Source: Candidatus Angelobacter sp. (GTDB taxonomy: Bacteria > Acidobacteriota > Terriglobia > Terriglobales > Acidobacteriaceae). From it: a stretch of DNA of 64,000 bases. Below are positions 18,139 through 27,403 of this stretch, piece after piece; positions within the stretch are counted from its first letter, which is position 1; every line of letters starts with the position of its first letter. The stretch spans positions 7,366-71,365 of the forward strand of contig DATDNH010000094.1 in the NCBI GenBank assembly GCA_036518395.1. The letters run 5' to 3'. The translations under genes were made by a program, and so were the position numbers. The notes below the pieces were generated by a model. That model did not search any database. It saw only the letters and a list, made by a program, of their open reading frames with translations, and was not told the origin of the DNA.

Positions 18139-18140
18139 TT

Positions 18141-19067
18141 TCACCATCCCCGCGTCTGCATCATGTCTGCTTCGGTCATGGCTGCGACTGCCAGACCTTT
18201 CATCGCCCCGACCAGGTCTTCGCTGACTTCAAGTAATACTTTAGGGTCGTCAAAGTGGGTAGTGGCGCGGACGATGGCGCGGGCGCGCTTCTCCGCTTCG
18301 GCAGGTTCGCAGAAATTGATCGAATCAGCCATGAAGATTCCCGAGCCGACAAATACCGCTTCAGCCCCAAGCTGGCGCACAAGGGCAGCATCAGCCGGAG
18401 TAGCGATGCCTCCGGCAGAGAAATTTGGTACCGGCAGTTTGCCCGTCTTTGCCACCAGGCGCACGATCTCATAAGGGGCCTGGAGCTCCTTCGCCCTGGT
18501 ATAGAGTTCATCATCGCTCAGGACGGTGAGCAGGCGCATGTCCCGAGTAATGGCACGCAGGTGCTTGACTGCGTGGACCACATCACCGGTTCCGGCTTCT
18601 CCCTTGGTGCGGATCATCGCCGCGCCTTCTGCGATTCGCCGTAGCGCCTCGCCCAGATCGCGAGCGCCACAGACGAACGGAACTGTGAAGGCATGCTTAT
18701 CAACGTGGTGGGCTTCGTCAGCGGGTGTGAGCACCTCGGATTCGTCAACATAGTCAACGCCCAGTTCCTGGAGAATCTGCGCCTCAGCGAAATGGCCGAT
18801 CCGGCACTTGGCCATGACAGGAATAGAAACGGCGGCCATGATCTCGCGAATCTTTTTAGGAGCGGCCATGCGCGCCACTCCGCCCTGGGCGCGGATCTGC
18901 GCGGGAACACGCTCCAGCGCCATTACTGCTGCCGCGCCCGCCTTTTCCGCGATCTCCGACTGGGCTGCGTCGGTGACGTCCATAATGACGCCGCCTTTTA
19001 GCATTTCAGCCAGGCCTGTCTTGAGCCTCAATCCTGTGTTTCCATTGAATTCAGACATAGAAACCAC
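18141..19067 (-). CDS. pdxS: pyridoxal 5'-phosphate synthase lyase subunit
   Basis: Motifs [55 protein letters not shown]. The start could be ATG 19058 instead. Confidence 0.95.
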   Translation of the reverse strand: MVSMSEFNGNTGLRLKTGLAEMLKGGVIMDVTDAAQSEIAEKAGAAAVMALERVPAQIRAQGGVARMAAPKKIREIMAAVSIPVMAKCRIGHFAEAQILQELGVDYVDESEVLTPADEAHHVDKHAFTVPFVCGARDLGEALRRIAEGAAMIRTKGEAGTGDVVHAVKHLRAITRDMRLLTVLSDDELYTRAKELQAPYEIVRLVAKTGKLPVPNFSAGGIATPADAALVRQLGAEAVFVGSGIFMADSINFCEPAEAEKRARAIVRATTHFDDPKVLLEVSEDLVGAMKGLAVAAMTEADMMQTRGW

Positions 19068-19240
19068 ACCTTCCGTGAATGTGCCTAGTTACATTCTACA
19101 TTCAAGAATGCAGGCATACTACCTGATGTCTGAGTGTTACGCCGGCTCTGTGACTTTGCAAGACACAGCCTCAAGCGCTTTAGAACGCCATCTGTGCCTG
19201 CTACAATCCTCCCGTTCTGACCACCGTATATGATTCTGCC

Positions 19241-19732
19241 ATGACCATTGAAAGGAAGCTGACGGCGGGCTCTGACGGAGATTTCTCCGACTCCTTGAAC
19301 GCGTCTTTAGGCGGTTGGAGTGAAGCCATGGGGCTGCATTTCCTGCGAGCGACGGCTGAGACCGTACAAGCCGAACTGGAAATTGGGCCTGAACACCTGC
19401 AGGCTTATGGGATCGTCCATGGTGGAGTGCATTCAGGAGTAATTGAGACCATCGCCTCAGTCGGCGCGGCGCTCACAGCGCTGCCGACTGGACAGGCAGT
19501 CGTCGGCGTAGAGAACCACACTTCATTCCTGCTCGCGGTACGGGAAGGGAAACTCCATGCCACGGCACGTCCGCTGATGCGCGGCCGCCGCACCCAGGTT
19601 TGGGAGGCCAGCATTGTTGACGACGCAGGTCGAACGGTGGCCTCCGGCCGCGTACGTTTCATTGTTCTTGAGAAGGATTCATCACTGGCAGGCGAAAAGG
19701 TAGGAATCACTCGTAGCGCAACGCCACAATAG
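19241..19732 (+). CDS. PaaI-family hotdog thioesterase
   Basis: Motif YGIVHGGVHSGVIETIASVGA, with hotdog-fold length. Its 3' end overlaps the convergent permease gene by 26 nt. Confidence 0.8.
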   Translation: MTIERKLTAGSDGDFSDSLNASLGGWSEAMGLHFLRATAETVQAELEIGPEHLQAYGIVHGGVHSGVIETIASVGAALTALPTGQAVVGVENHTSFLLAVREGKLHATARPLMRGRRTQVWEASIVDDAGRTVASGRVRFIVLEKDSSLAGEKVGITRSATPQ

Positions 19733-22430
19733 GATCCACTTTGGTAGCCCGTCGCGCAGGAAGATAAGCGGCCAGAATCGCCACCGTTACAAGCAGGAGA
19801 GCCACGCCTGCCAGAGTTACAGGATCGTTCGGACTGACCTGGAACAGCAGCGATTGCATAAAGCGCGTGAGAGTAAAGGAGCTCAGAAGTCCCACCGCTA
19901 CGCCGACCATTGTTGTTTTCAGCGCCTGCTTAAAGACGAGCCCAAGGACATTATTTGGAGTTGCTCCCAGAGCAATTCGCACGCCGATCTCCCGTGTGCG
20001 CCGGGCCACTGAATAAGCCAGTACTCCGAAAATTCCCGCCATTGCCAACAGCAGTGCTGCCCCAGCAAAGACTCCAATCAGCAGCAGATTGAAACGGCGA
20101 TTATTCAATGACGCAGACAGAATCTGGTCGAAGGTTTCAAACCTTGGAGGAACGGTGGGATCGAGTTCGTTCAAAATCCTGCGTGCGGCAGCAAAGACTG
20201 CCTGCGGATCAGAACCCGTTCTTACCACAACGCTGAAATCCTCAGTGGCTCTTGGCCGCTGTCGATAATTGACATAGATGGTTGGGCGTGGTTCTTTCTC
20301 GAGCGTTCGCATTCGTATATCGCCCACTACGCCAACAATGGCAAGCAGCCGCAGATCGCCGTCCATGTTGCCAAACTCGATGGTTTGGCCAAGTGGATCG
20401 CTGTCCGGCCATTTCTGCCGGGCAACCGACTCGCTGATAACCGCCACATGAGGTCTGTCCGGGCCGTCGGCTTCGTTGAACAGCCGGCCACGCAGCAGCG
20501 GAATGCCAAGGCTCTGAAAGTAACCCTCGTCGGCCACAATGTAATCCGCGTATCCGGTATTCGCGGGATTGCGAAAAAGTTCCTGGAAGAAGTTAACCAT
20601 GTCATTCGTGGAGCCAGGATCGGCGTTCTGCCAGGACTGGCGGGTGCTACGTTCAATCAAGTCGCGCTGCGCTGAAGAAAGTTGCTGCGGATTAACCAGC
20701 ACGAAGGCCCCATCATTTCCTGGCTCTTTCAGCGGAAGGCCGGTGGCGCCGCCGACCGACTGAATCCCGGGAAGCGACCGCAGGCGTGAAATAAGCTGCG
20801 CCAAAAATCGCGCCCGCTGCGGTCCCTCGCCATCTCTGACGCCGGGCAATCTTAGATTCAGGGTTGCTACGTGCTCGGTTCGGAATCCGGGATAGATCGA
20901 GAGCACGCGCAACATGCTGCGTCCCAGCAATCCTGCTCCAACCAATAGAGTCAGAGTGATGGCGACTTGTCCGGCCACAATCATTCGCCCAGTGCGCTGG
21001 CTGCGGGCGCCGCTTCCTTGTCCTCGGCCGCCTTCCGCCAGCCCCGTTCGTGCCTCGACTGACGTTGCCCGTAGGGCTGTAAATACACCCAGGCCGCCAG
21101 CCAGGAAGACAGAAAGACCGAGCGCGAACAACAGCACCGGTAAATTCACTGAGATTTCATCAAGACGCGGGATATTGGAAGGCGCCATGGCCAGCAGAAC
21201 TCGCACTCCAAAATGAGCTGCCAGCACTCCCAGGAAGCCGCCGATTGTGCACAGCAACAACGCTTCTGCTAAAAATTGCCGCACCAATCGCCAACGCGAT
21301 GCGCCCAGCGCGCTGCGTATTGCCAGTTCACCAGCGCGCGCAGAAGCCTGGGCCAGCGAAAGATTCATCACATTGGCGCAGGCAACCAGCAGCAGCAAAC
21401 CTGCTACCGCCAACAGAACCAGCAGAGCTGGTTTGACGTCTGTAGTCAGAGCATCCCGCAACGGCACGACAGCGGCGTCGACCATTCCATAATCCTCGGC
21501 CGGGCCAATTTGTTGCTGGATTCGTTTCGCAATTGTAGAAGCCTCGGCACGAGCTTCATCCAAAGACACGCCATATCGTAAGCGTGCCACCACTTTGGAG
21601 TTGTGTGCGGTCCGGCTGGATATCTGTTGAAAGAGTTCGTGCGGCAACCAGACTTGTGTCGCCTCCGGAAAATGAAACCCTGGTGGAAGCACTCCAACGA
21701 TGAACGCTGGTTTGTTGGCTACTGAGAACTTCACGGCGCTCAGATCACGGACTTCATGTAACTGCTGCTGCCAAAACGAATAACTCACCAGCGCAGCTTG
21801 AGTTGCGCCGACATGTTGCTCTTCGGGAACGAAAAGACGCCCGGTGACAGGGGATACACCCATTACCTCGAAAAAATCCCTGGAAACATAAGCCACACCG
21901 GTGCGCTCAGCCTGGCTGCCAACGGAGACCGTATCCTCCGCCCAATACATCTGCGCCATGCCTTGCAGGGACCGCGCCTGCCCGTGCATATCCGCAAAAT
22001 TTGGATCGGCAAACGCCATTTGATTGCCCTTATGACCAACTTCATACATTCGGACAATCTGTTCTGGTTTGTGATAGGGAAGTGAGCGCAGCAGCACGCC
22101 ATAGACCACGCTGAAAATCGCTGTACTGGCGCCAATGCCCAGCGCGAGCGTTAGAATAGAAACCAGCGCGTAAACAGGGTTCTTCCAAAGGACGCGCATG
22201 CCATAGCGGAGATCTTGTCGCAGTCGCTCAATGCCGGCAAAACCCCAGACTTCGCGAGTAGCTTCTTTGATCAGGCCTTGATTGCCCATCTCGCGTCGCG
22301 CCTCGGTTTCTGCATCCACCTGGCTTTTGCCGGATTCGATTCGGTCCTGAGTCGCCATCCGCAAGTGGCTCTGCAGTTCCTCATCCAGGTCCCTATCTTG
22401 CCGACCGTGCCGCCAGAATTTCCAGTTCAT
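19707..22430 (-). CDS. ADOP-family duplicated MacB/FtsX-type permease (no adjacent ATPase)
   Basis: 907 aa. N-terminal DRDLDEELQSHLRM leader. Two MacB_PCD + FtsX-like 4-TM halves. 4-nt overlap with the upstream PadR gene. Confidence 0.9.
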   Translation of the reverse strand: MNWKFWRHGRQDRDLDEELQSHLRMATQDRIESGKSQVDAETEARREMGNQGLIKEATREVWGFAGIERLRQDLRYGMRVLWKNPVYALVSILTLALGIGASTAIFSVVYGVLLRSLPYHKPEQIVRMYEVGHKGNQMAFADPNFADMHGQARSLQGMAQMYWAEDTVSVGSQAERTGVAYVSRDFFEVMGVSPVTGRLFVPEEQHVGATQAALVSYSFWQQQLHEVRDLSAVKFSVANKPAFIVGVLPPGFHFPEATQVWLPHELFQQISSRTAHNSKVVARLRYGVSLDEARAEASTIAKRIQQQIGPAEDYGMVDAAVVPLRDALTTDVKPALLVLLAVAGLLLLVACANVMNLSLAQASARAGELAIRSALGASRWRLVRQFLAEALLLCTIGGFLGVLAAHFGVRVLLAMAPSNIPRLDEISVNLPVLLFALGLSVFLAGGLGVFTALRATSVEARTGLAEGGRGQGSGARSQRTGRMIVAGQVAITLTLLVGAGLLGRSMLRVLSIYPGFRTEHVATLNLRLPGVRDGEGPQRARFLAQLISRLRSLPGIQSVGGATGLPLKEPGNDGAFVLVNPQQLSSAQRDLIERSTRQSWQNADPGSTNDMVNFFQELFRNPANTGYADYIVADEGYFQSLGIPLLRGRLFNEADGPDRPHVAVISESVARQKWPDSDPLGQTIEFGNMDGDLRLLAIVGVVGDIRMRTLEKEPRPTIYVNYRQRPRATEDFSVVVRTGSDPQAVFAAARRILNELDPTVPPRFETFDQILSASLNNRRFNLLLIGVFAGAALLLAMAGIFGVLAYSVARRTREIGVRIALGATPNNVLGLVFKQALKTTMVGVAVGLLSSFTLTRFMQSLLFQVSPNDPVTLAGVALLLVTVAILAAYLPARRATKVDPIVALRYE

Positions 22431-22789
22431 ACTTCACTCTTTGTTGCAGGGTTAAGGATGCCGGCGATCGCATGCGAGAGCTGCGACCAGCGGGAACGCT
22501 CGGCTGTAAGCTGCTTCTTCCCAGCATTCGTGAGACGGTAAACCTTTATCCGCTGCCGGTTTTCAGAGACCTTCCACTCGGAAGCCACCCACTTCTGCTT
22601 TTCCAGGCGGTGCAGCGCAGGATAAAGCGACCCTGTATCCACGTGCAGCCGTTCGCCCGAGTTCAGACGAATCGCCTGGCTGATGCCATAGCCATGTTTG
22701 GGCCCCCACAACAGTGTTTGCAGGATCAGCAGATCCAGCGTGCCTTGTAATAGTTCAATTCGATTCTGATATCGGTCCGAAGGAGGCAT
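22427..22789 (-). CDS. PadR-family transcriptional regulator
   Basis: Winged-helix region LLILQTLLWGPKHGYGISQAI...GSLYPALHRLEKQKWV. This is the known acidobacterial PadR-ADOP gene pairing. Confidence 0.9.
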   Translation of the reverse strand: MPPSDRYQNRIELLQGTLDLLILQTLLWGPKHGYGISQAIRLNSGERLHVDTGSLYPALHRLEKQKWVASEWKVSENRQRIKVYRLTNAGKKQLTAERSRWSQLSHAIAGILNPATKSEV

Positions 22790-22825
22790 GTAGATATCCT
22801 ACATGCATGGATGTAGACTGTCTAC
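22788..22825. promoter_or_regulatory. two inverted repeats abutting the padR start codon (ATGTAG-atatc-CTACAT and GTAGA-ctg-TCTAC)
   Basis: Read directly from the sequence. The first has the ATGT...ACAT half-sites known for PadR operators, but with a 9-nt rather than 8-nt spacer. Confidence 0.5.
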
Positions 22826-22861
22826 CTGCCAGAAGGTCACCAAAGCAAAATTTACTATTCG

Positions 22862-22907
22862 ACTGTAGAAAAGAAAGGACCACAAGCGCCTGCTTTGTGG
22901 TCCTTTC
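22862..22907 (-). terminator. rho-independent terminator (13-bp perfect stem)
   Basis: gaaaggaccacaa-gcgcctgct-ttgtggtcctttc. The minus-strand 3' side reads TTTTCTAC. It lies downstream of the thioesterase gene 23132-23644. Confidence 0.7.
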
Positions 22908-22926
22908 GAACTAGAGGTTTTTATGT

Positions 22927-22954
22927 CTTCTGACTTCTGGCTCCTGACTTCTGG
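22927..22954. repeat. heptamer array (cttctga cttctgg ctcctga cttctgg)
   Basis: Read directly from the sequence. Lies in the spacer between the thioesterase and padR. Confidence 0.85.
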
Positions 22955-23131
22955 GTTATCAGGGGCGGAGCCCTGGCTGGTTAAAGTAGGACTCATCTGC
23001 AGGAAAGTGTGTGTCTGTTATTCCGTACTATGGTGAATTTGTCAAGAAAGAAAGCGGGATTCACGTTTACATCTGATGGTCAAAGATACAAAATTTTGGA
23101 ATTACTCAAAAAGCTTTAATCCAGCAGGAAT

Positions 23132-23644
23132 TCACGAATTCTTGTTAAGTGAGAGCGGTGAATCCGGCGATTTCGAAAAGCGCGCGAAAACCTGGCTTAC
23201 GTCGACTGCGATGAAGGTTCCCGTGCTCCGCGCCAGCACCTGGCCGCCGTCATTGGTGATTTCTGCAATGTTAATATGCTGCCGGCCAACCACCTCGTGC
23301 TCGCGCCCAATGACTGTGAGCTTCACGTACAGCGGGACTGGCTTCAAATACTCCACCTCCATCTTTTTAGTCAGCGCTACCACGTTGCGGAATTTGTTCA
23401 CCTTGCCCATGGCTTCATCAAGGATGGTGGCAATGATGCCGCCATGTGCGTGCCCGGGTGGGCCTTCATAGCGTCGTGACAACTTGAAATGGCAGATGGT
23501 TCTCCGCGCCTCTTCGTCGCGATAAAACTTCAACTTCATCCCGTGCGGATTGTCAGTGCCACACGCGAAGCAATGGTTCTTCTTTGGCTTAGGCTGCGAA
23601 GGAATCGCGTGTCCGTCACTGCGTTTGGGTTTCGCCATGTCCAA
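23132..23644 (-). CDS. PaaI-like hotdog thioesterase with an N-terminal CxxC segment
   Basis: Motifs HCFACGTDNPHGMKLKF and PPGHAHGGIIATILDEAMG. Confidence 0.75.
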   Translation of the reverse strand: MDMAKPKRSDGHAIPSQPKPKKNHCFACGTDNPHGMKLKFYRDEEARRTICHFKLSRRYEGPPGHAHGGIIATILDEAMGKVNKFRNVVALTKKMEVEYLKPVPLYVKLTVIGREHEVVGRQHINIAEITNDGGQVLARSTGTFIAVDVSQVFARFSKSPDSPLSLNKNS

Positions 23645-23668
23645 GACCGCGATTCTAACACCCCAATA

Positions 23669-24247
23669 CTATCGTTCCTGAGTACCAGGTTTCCGCGCCG
23701 CCAACTCTGCAACGCCGCGTTCGCGCACAGTTTCGTGATAACGCAAAATCCGCAATGAAGAGAAGGCGCGCAGGAGTTCGTTCGGTTTGAGCAAATGCGT
23801 GGGATGGCTCGGACCGCCGGAAAAGCGCCGCTCCTCGAGCGTGTAGGTTTTATAAACCAACAGGCCCCCGGGCTTGAGAGCTTTGATAAGAGCAGGGAAG
23901 AGCGAGCGCTGAAGATAAAAGAAGACGATGACCAAGTCGTACTGCGCTCGACCCAGGCCGCGAGTTTTGTCGAGATCGCGAACTTCCAGTTCTACGGTTG
24001 AAGGCAAATTCTTTCTCGCCAGCTCAATTCCATTTTCAGAGATATCCACCAGCTTGACTTGCCAGCCGCGATCCGCAAGCCATAATGCGTGCCGTCCTAT
24101 ACCTCCAGCCACATCCAGAGCGGTTCCCGGAGCTGACCCTTCCAGGAACTCCGTACAGGCGCTCACCAGAAAAGAGTCCGGTTCCAGTGACATATGTGAG
24201 CGTTCACGATACTTCCGGTTCCAGAGCGTCTTTTCATCACGTTTCAT
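23669..24247 (-). CDS. class I SAM-dependent methyltransferase
   Basis: Motif I ALDVAGGIGRHALWLADRGWQVKLVDIS. Confidence 0.8.
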   Translation of the reverse strand: MKRDEKTLWNRKYRERSHMSLEPDSFLVSACTEFLEGSAPGTALDVAGGIGRHALWLADRGWQVKLVDISENGIELARKNLPSTVELEVRDLDKTRGLGRAQYDLVIVFFYLQRSLFPALIKALKPGGLLVYKTYTLEERRFSGGPSHPTHLLKPNELLRAFSSLRILRYHETVRERGVAELAARKPGTQER

Positions 24248-24305
24248 TGGAAACTGACGACCATTTTCTCGATTGTAAAAACGTTGTCTTCAGGTTTTGC
24301 TCCGG

Positions 24306-24340
24306 CTGTAACCTGTAACCGGTAACCTGTTCCCTATAAT
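24306..24340. repeat. heptamer array (ctgtaac ctgtaac cggtaac ctgttcc ctataat)
   Basis: Read directly from the sequence. Ends in a TATAAT hexamer 15 nt upstream of the miaB start. Confidence 0.8.
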
Positions 24341-24354
24341 TCGATATACTGGTT

Positions 24355-25686
24355 TTGGTGGCGCAGTCCCGGCAAAAAACGTTCTACATTGAAACCTTTG
24401 GCTGTCAGATGAACGTCCATGACTCAGAAAAAGTCATCGGAACCCTCATCCAGCAAGGCTACTCTCAGGTCGAGAGTGTTGAAGCGGCCGACCTGATTTT
24501 CTATAACACCTGCTCCATTCGCGATAAAGCCGAGCAAAAGGTCTTTCACCGCCTCAATGATTATAAGAAGCTGCAGGCGCAGGGAAAGAAGTTTGCCGTC
24601 CTGGGCTGCGTTGCCCAGCAGGAAGGCGAAAAAATCTTTGAGCGCGCGCCACATGTCTCTATGGTCGCAGGTTCGGCCTCCTATCGAAACCTGCCCCAGA
24701 TGCTGATTCAGATTGAGGCTGGCCACCATCGCGTAACCGGTTTGGACGACCGCCAGACTGACCTGACCTTTGAAACCGAGTTTACTGCTCGCAGCAATCC
24801 CCATCGTGGATACATCACCATCATTGAAGGCTGCGACAAATTTTGCGCCTACTGCGTGGTTCCATACACCCGCGGCAAGGAACGCAGCCGGACATCTGAC
24901 TCGGTGCTGGCGGAAGCGCGCAAGATGGCTGATCTTGGCTACACAGACGTTCAACTCCTTGGTCAAAACGTGAATGCCTACCGCGATCCGTTGAGTAAGA
25001 AAACCTTTGCCGAACTGCTGTACGCTGTGGGAGAGCTGCCGGGAATCCGGCGGGTGCGTTTCACTACCTCGCACCCCCGCCATTTCGGAAGAGATATTGT
25101 GGAAGTGATTGAGAATTCTCCAACATTGTGCGACCACATCCATCTTCCAGTCCAGAGCGGCTCATCGCGCGTGCTTAAGTCCATGAGCAGGGAATACACG
25201 CGCGAGATGTATCTGGAGAAGATTTCCTGGATCAAGGCCGCGAAACGGAAAATCGCCATCACAACAGATGTGATTGTCGGATTCCCAGGTGAAACCGAGA
25301 CTGATTTTGAAGAGACGATCACGCTGCTGCACGAGTGCCAATTCGATGGCGTATTCAGTTTCAAGTACTCGCCGCGTCCGAATACGCCGGCGTTAGGCAT
25401 GATTGACAGCATCGCCGACAGCGAGAAATCTCGCCGGCTCCAGATCCTTCAGGAACGTCAGCGCGAGATCCAAAGATATAACTACGAGAAGCGAGTAGGA
25501 AATATTCTTGAAGTGATGGTTGAAGGCAAGAACGAAGCCCGGGGGCAGATCATCGGGCGGACTTCACAGAACATCACGTTGAACTTCACGACAGCAAATT
25601 CTGGCGTTCCCGACATCGGCAGCTATGTTAATGTGCTGGTAACAAGGAGTTTTCCCAATAGCCTGATCGGCGAAATGGAGCAGTAG
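24355..25686 (+). CDS. miaB: tRNA-i6A37 methylthiotransferase
   Basis: UPF0004 N-domain (TFGCQMN, NTCSIRDKAEQK). Radical-SAM CDKFCAYCVVP. TRAM-like C-terminus. TTG start. Confidence 0.95.
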   Translation: MVAQSRQKTFYIETFGCQMNVHDSEKVIGTLIQQGYSQVESVEAADLIFYNTCSIRDKAEQKVFHRLNDYKKLQAQGKKFAVLGCVAQQEGEKIFERAPHVSMVAGSASYRNLPQMLIQIEAGHHRVTGLDDRQTDLTFETEFTARSNPHRGYITIIEGCDKFCAYCVVPYTRGKERSRTSDSVLAEARKMADLGYTDVQLLGQNVNAYRDPLSKKTFAELLYAVGELPGIRRVRFTTSHPRHFGRDIVEVIENSPTLCDHIHLPVQSGSSRVLKSMSREYTREMYLEKISWIKAAKRKIAITTDVIVGFPGETETDFEETITLLHECQFDGVFSFKYSPRPNTPALGMIDSIADSEKSRRLQILQERQREIQRYNYEKRVGNILEVMVEGKNEARGQIIGRTSQNITLNFTTANSGVPDIGSYVNVLVTRSFPNSLIGEMEQ

Positions 25687-25692
25687 GAGGGC

Positions 25693-26181
25693 ATGATGGA
25701 AGTGGAAATGAAAATTCGCGGACTGATGATGGATCCAGTGACAAACATGCCCATTGTCGTGCTCAAGGATGTTGGCAGTGAGGCCGTCCTGCCCATCTGG
25801 GTTGGGGTTTATGAAGCCAACGCCATCGCCCTAGAGATTGAAAAAGTCACCACACCTAGACCGATGACGCACGACCTTATCAAGAACCTGCTGCTCGGGC
25901 TGGATACTCATGTCCACAAAGTTGTGGTCAATGAGCTGCGCGATGACACCTTCTTTGCCGTGATCTGGATGGAGCGCGATGGCAAGATCATCAGCATCGA
26001 TTCGCGGCCATCGGATGCGCTCGCTCTGGCACTGCGGCTCGATTGCCCGATCTATGTAGATGAAGAAGTCCTGAAACACTCCAAGCAGGCCACTGCGTCA
26101 GCCGATCGCGTCTCCGCCGAGGAACTGCGAAAGTGGCTCGAAGGCCTGAACGACGAGGACCTTGGCCGCTACAAGATGTAG
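25693..26181 (+). CDS. bifunctional nuclease (BFN/DUF151) family protein
   Basis: Motifs PIVVLKD...LPIWVGVYEANAIALEIE...RPMTHDL and IDSRPSDALALALR. Confidence 0.85.
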   Translation: MMEVEMKIRGLMMDPVTNMPIVVLKDVGSEAVLPIWVGVYEANAIALEIEKVTTPRPMTHDLIKNLLLGLDTHVHKVVVNELRDDTFFAVIWMERDGKIISIDSRPSDALALALRLDCPIYVDEEVLKHSKQATASADRVSAEELRKWLEGLNDEDLGRYKM

Positions 26182-26266
26182 CTTTCACCCCGCAAAACAA
26201 TATGTTCGGCCGCGCGGCCCGGCTTGCGCGCCGCGGGGCCTGCAACAGGTGCACGTAAGTGTGCAG

Positions 26267-26632
26267 ATGAAAGAGGATCTTGAGCGGTTTGGAGCGAAGC
26301 GACAAATGAAAGATCCGGCCGAACAACTTCAGCAGCTCTACGCTGCCGGCTTTGACCTGCAAACCTTTGATCGCTTTCCCAAGGCGATCGGTGTGCTGCG
26401 CGATGGCTGCATCGCATTCTTGGTTCCTGGTCCTGACGGCCTCCAGATTCTTGGAAATGTGGGCTTGCGAATGGGTGAGAGCCTTGGCCCCCTGATCGAA
26501 CGCGGTGACCGAAAGGTATTCGTTCACAAAGAAGAAACCATGGAAGCAACGCCTGAGCGTGTTGCCACATTGGAGCGATTCAGGAACGACCTTGAATCTA
26601 TTCTGGCTGGGAAGAAAACCGATAGCGGTTAG
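26267..26632 (+). CDS. hypothetical protein
   Basis: Start placed at the internal ATG of ORF 26162..26632, because the upstream part overlaps the BFN gene. No family recognised. Confidence 0.4.
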   Translation: MKEDLERFGAKRQMKDPAEQLQQLYAAGFDLQTFDRFPKAIGVLRDGCIAFLVPGPDGLQILGNVGLRMGESLGPLIERGDRKVFVHKEETMEATPERVATLERFRNDLESILAGKKTDSG

Positions 26633-26688
26633 CCGTTATGCGACTTGAAACGTTGAAATTTTGTTCTCGTTAGCCAAGCCCTTTATAT

Positions 26689-26709
26689 CTCTTGACTCCT
26701 GACTTCTGG
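26689..26709. repeat. heptamer array (ctcttga ctcctga cttctgg)
   Basis: Same unit family as 22927-22954. Confidence 0.7.
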
Positions 26710-26736
26710 CGTGCCAGGGGGCGCCCCGCTCGCTTC

Positions 26737-27339
26737 TTAGCGTCTGCGTTCTTTCCATGGAAGATCCGGCCGGACAACAATCGGGCTCCTCAGGCAAGGC
26801 CCGGGATCGATAAACACATCCTGCCACTTTCCGTTGCGTCGCACCTCATAGCCCATGCCGAAGTGGAAGAACCGTCCGCCTTTGCGGAATGGGGCGGGCC
26901 GCCCAAGCGGTGTGCCGGCGCTGATCCTTTGGCCAGCCTCGACGAACACTTCTTCCAGATCTCCAAAGAACGTAAATCGCCGGCGGGCCGCGACTCGCGA
27001 GGAGTGCCGCAGGTTCATCGATGGGTAACCGTGTTCATCGGCACCGACCCAGGCCACAACACCCTCAACAGGGCTGCAGCAAATGATATGTCGATCCAAG
27101 AGATGGAGTCCGGACGTTCCTACCCATCCAATAATGTCCAGGCCATAGTGGACAGCTTCGCCCTCTGGATCATCGTCCACCCAGTTTCCCGTATTCCATC
27201 CATACCGGCCCTGTCGATGAACCACGAGTCCGGTCACTTGGTTGTTCGGTAACGTCGCAATGGGAAGTAAAGGACTCAAACGCCGCCAGGGAAGCAGTTT
27301 GTTCCACCACAAAGGTTTTTCCATGCTCACTTGATTCAT
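26737..27339 (-). CDS. M23/LytM-like domain protein (second metal motif degenerate)
   Basis: HYGLDI matches HxxxD. VEGVVAWVG and VFVEAGQRISAGTPLG are typical M23 strands. The HxH position reads HFG. Confidence 0.45.
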   Translation of the reverse strand: MNQVSMEKPLWWNKLLPWRRLSPLLPIATLPNNQVTGLVVHRQGRYGWNTGNWVDDDPEGEAVHYGLDIIGWVGTSGLHLLDRHIICCSPVEGVVAWVGADEHGYPSMNLRHSSRVAARRRFTFFGDLEEVFVEAGQRISAGTPLGRPAPFRKGGRFFHFGMGYEVRRNGKWQDVFIDPGPCLRSPIVVRPDLPWKERRR

Positions 27340-27403
27340 TCAGATTCCGGGCTAATGTCATGAATAATAACGCAGTTCATTCGCAGCCCCTGTGTGGAAA
27401 AAC

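Noticed and set aside
19707-19732. 26-nt convergent overlap of the thioesterase and ADOP permease 3' ends, considered as an antisense-regulation feature.
   Set aside because: It probably just reflects compact gene packing, with no additional structure seen. I noted it in the feature evidence only.
26162-26266. Track N-terminal extensions at 26162, 28358, 32348, 32513, 50131, 51039, 53757, 56706, 56874 and 63115.
   Set aside because: The extended parts overlap neighbouring genes or precede an obvious signal peptide, lipobox or SD-ATG. I chose internal starts with better context, so those coordinates remain provisional.
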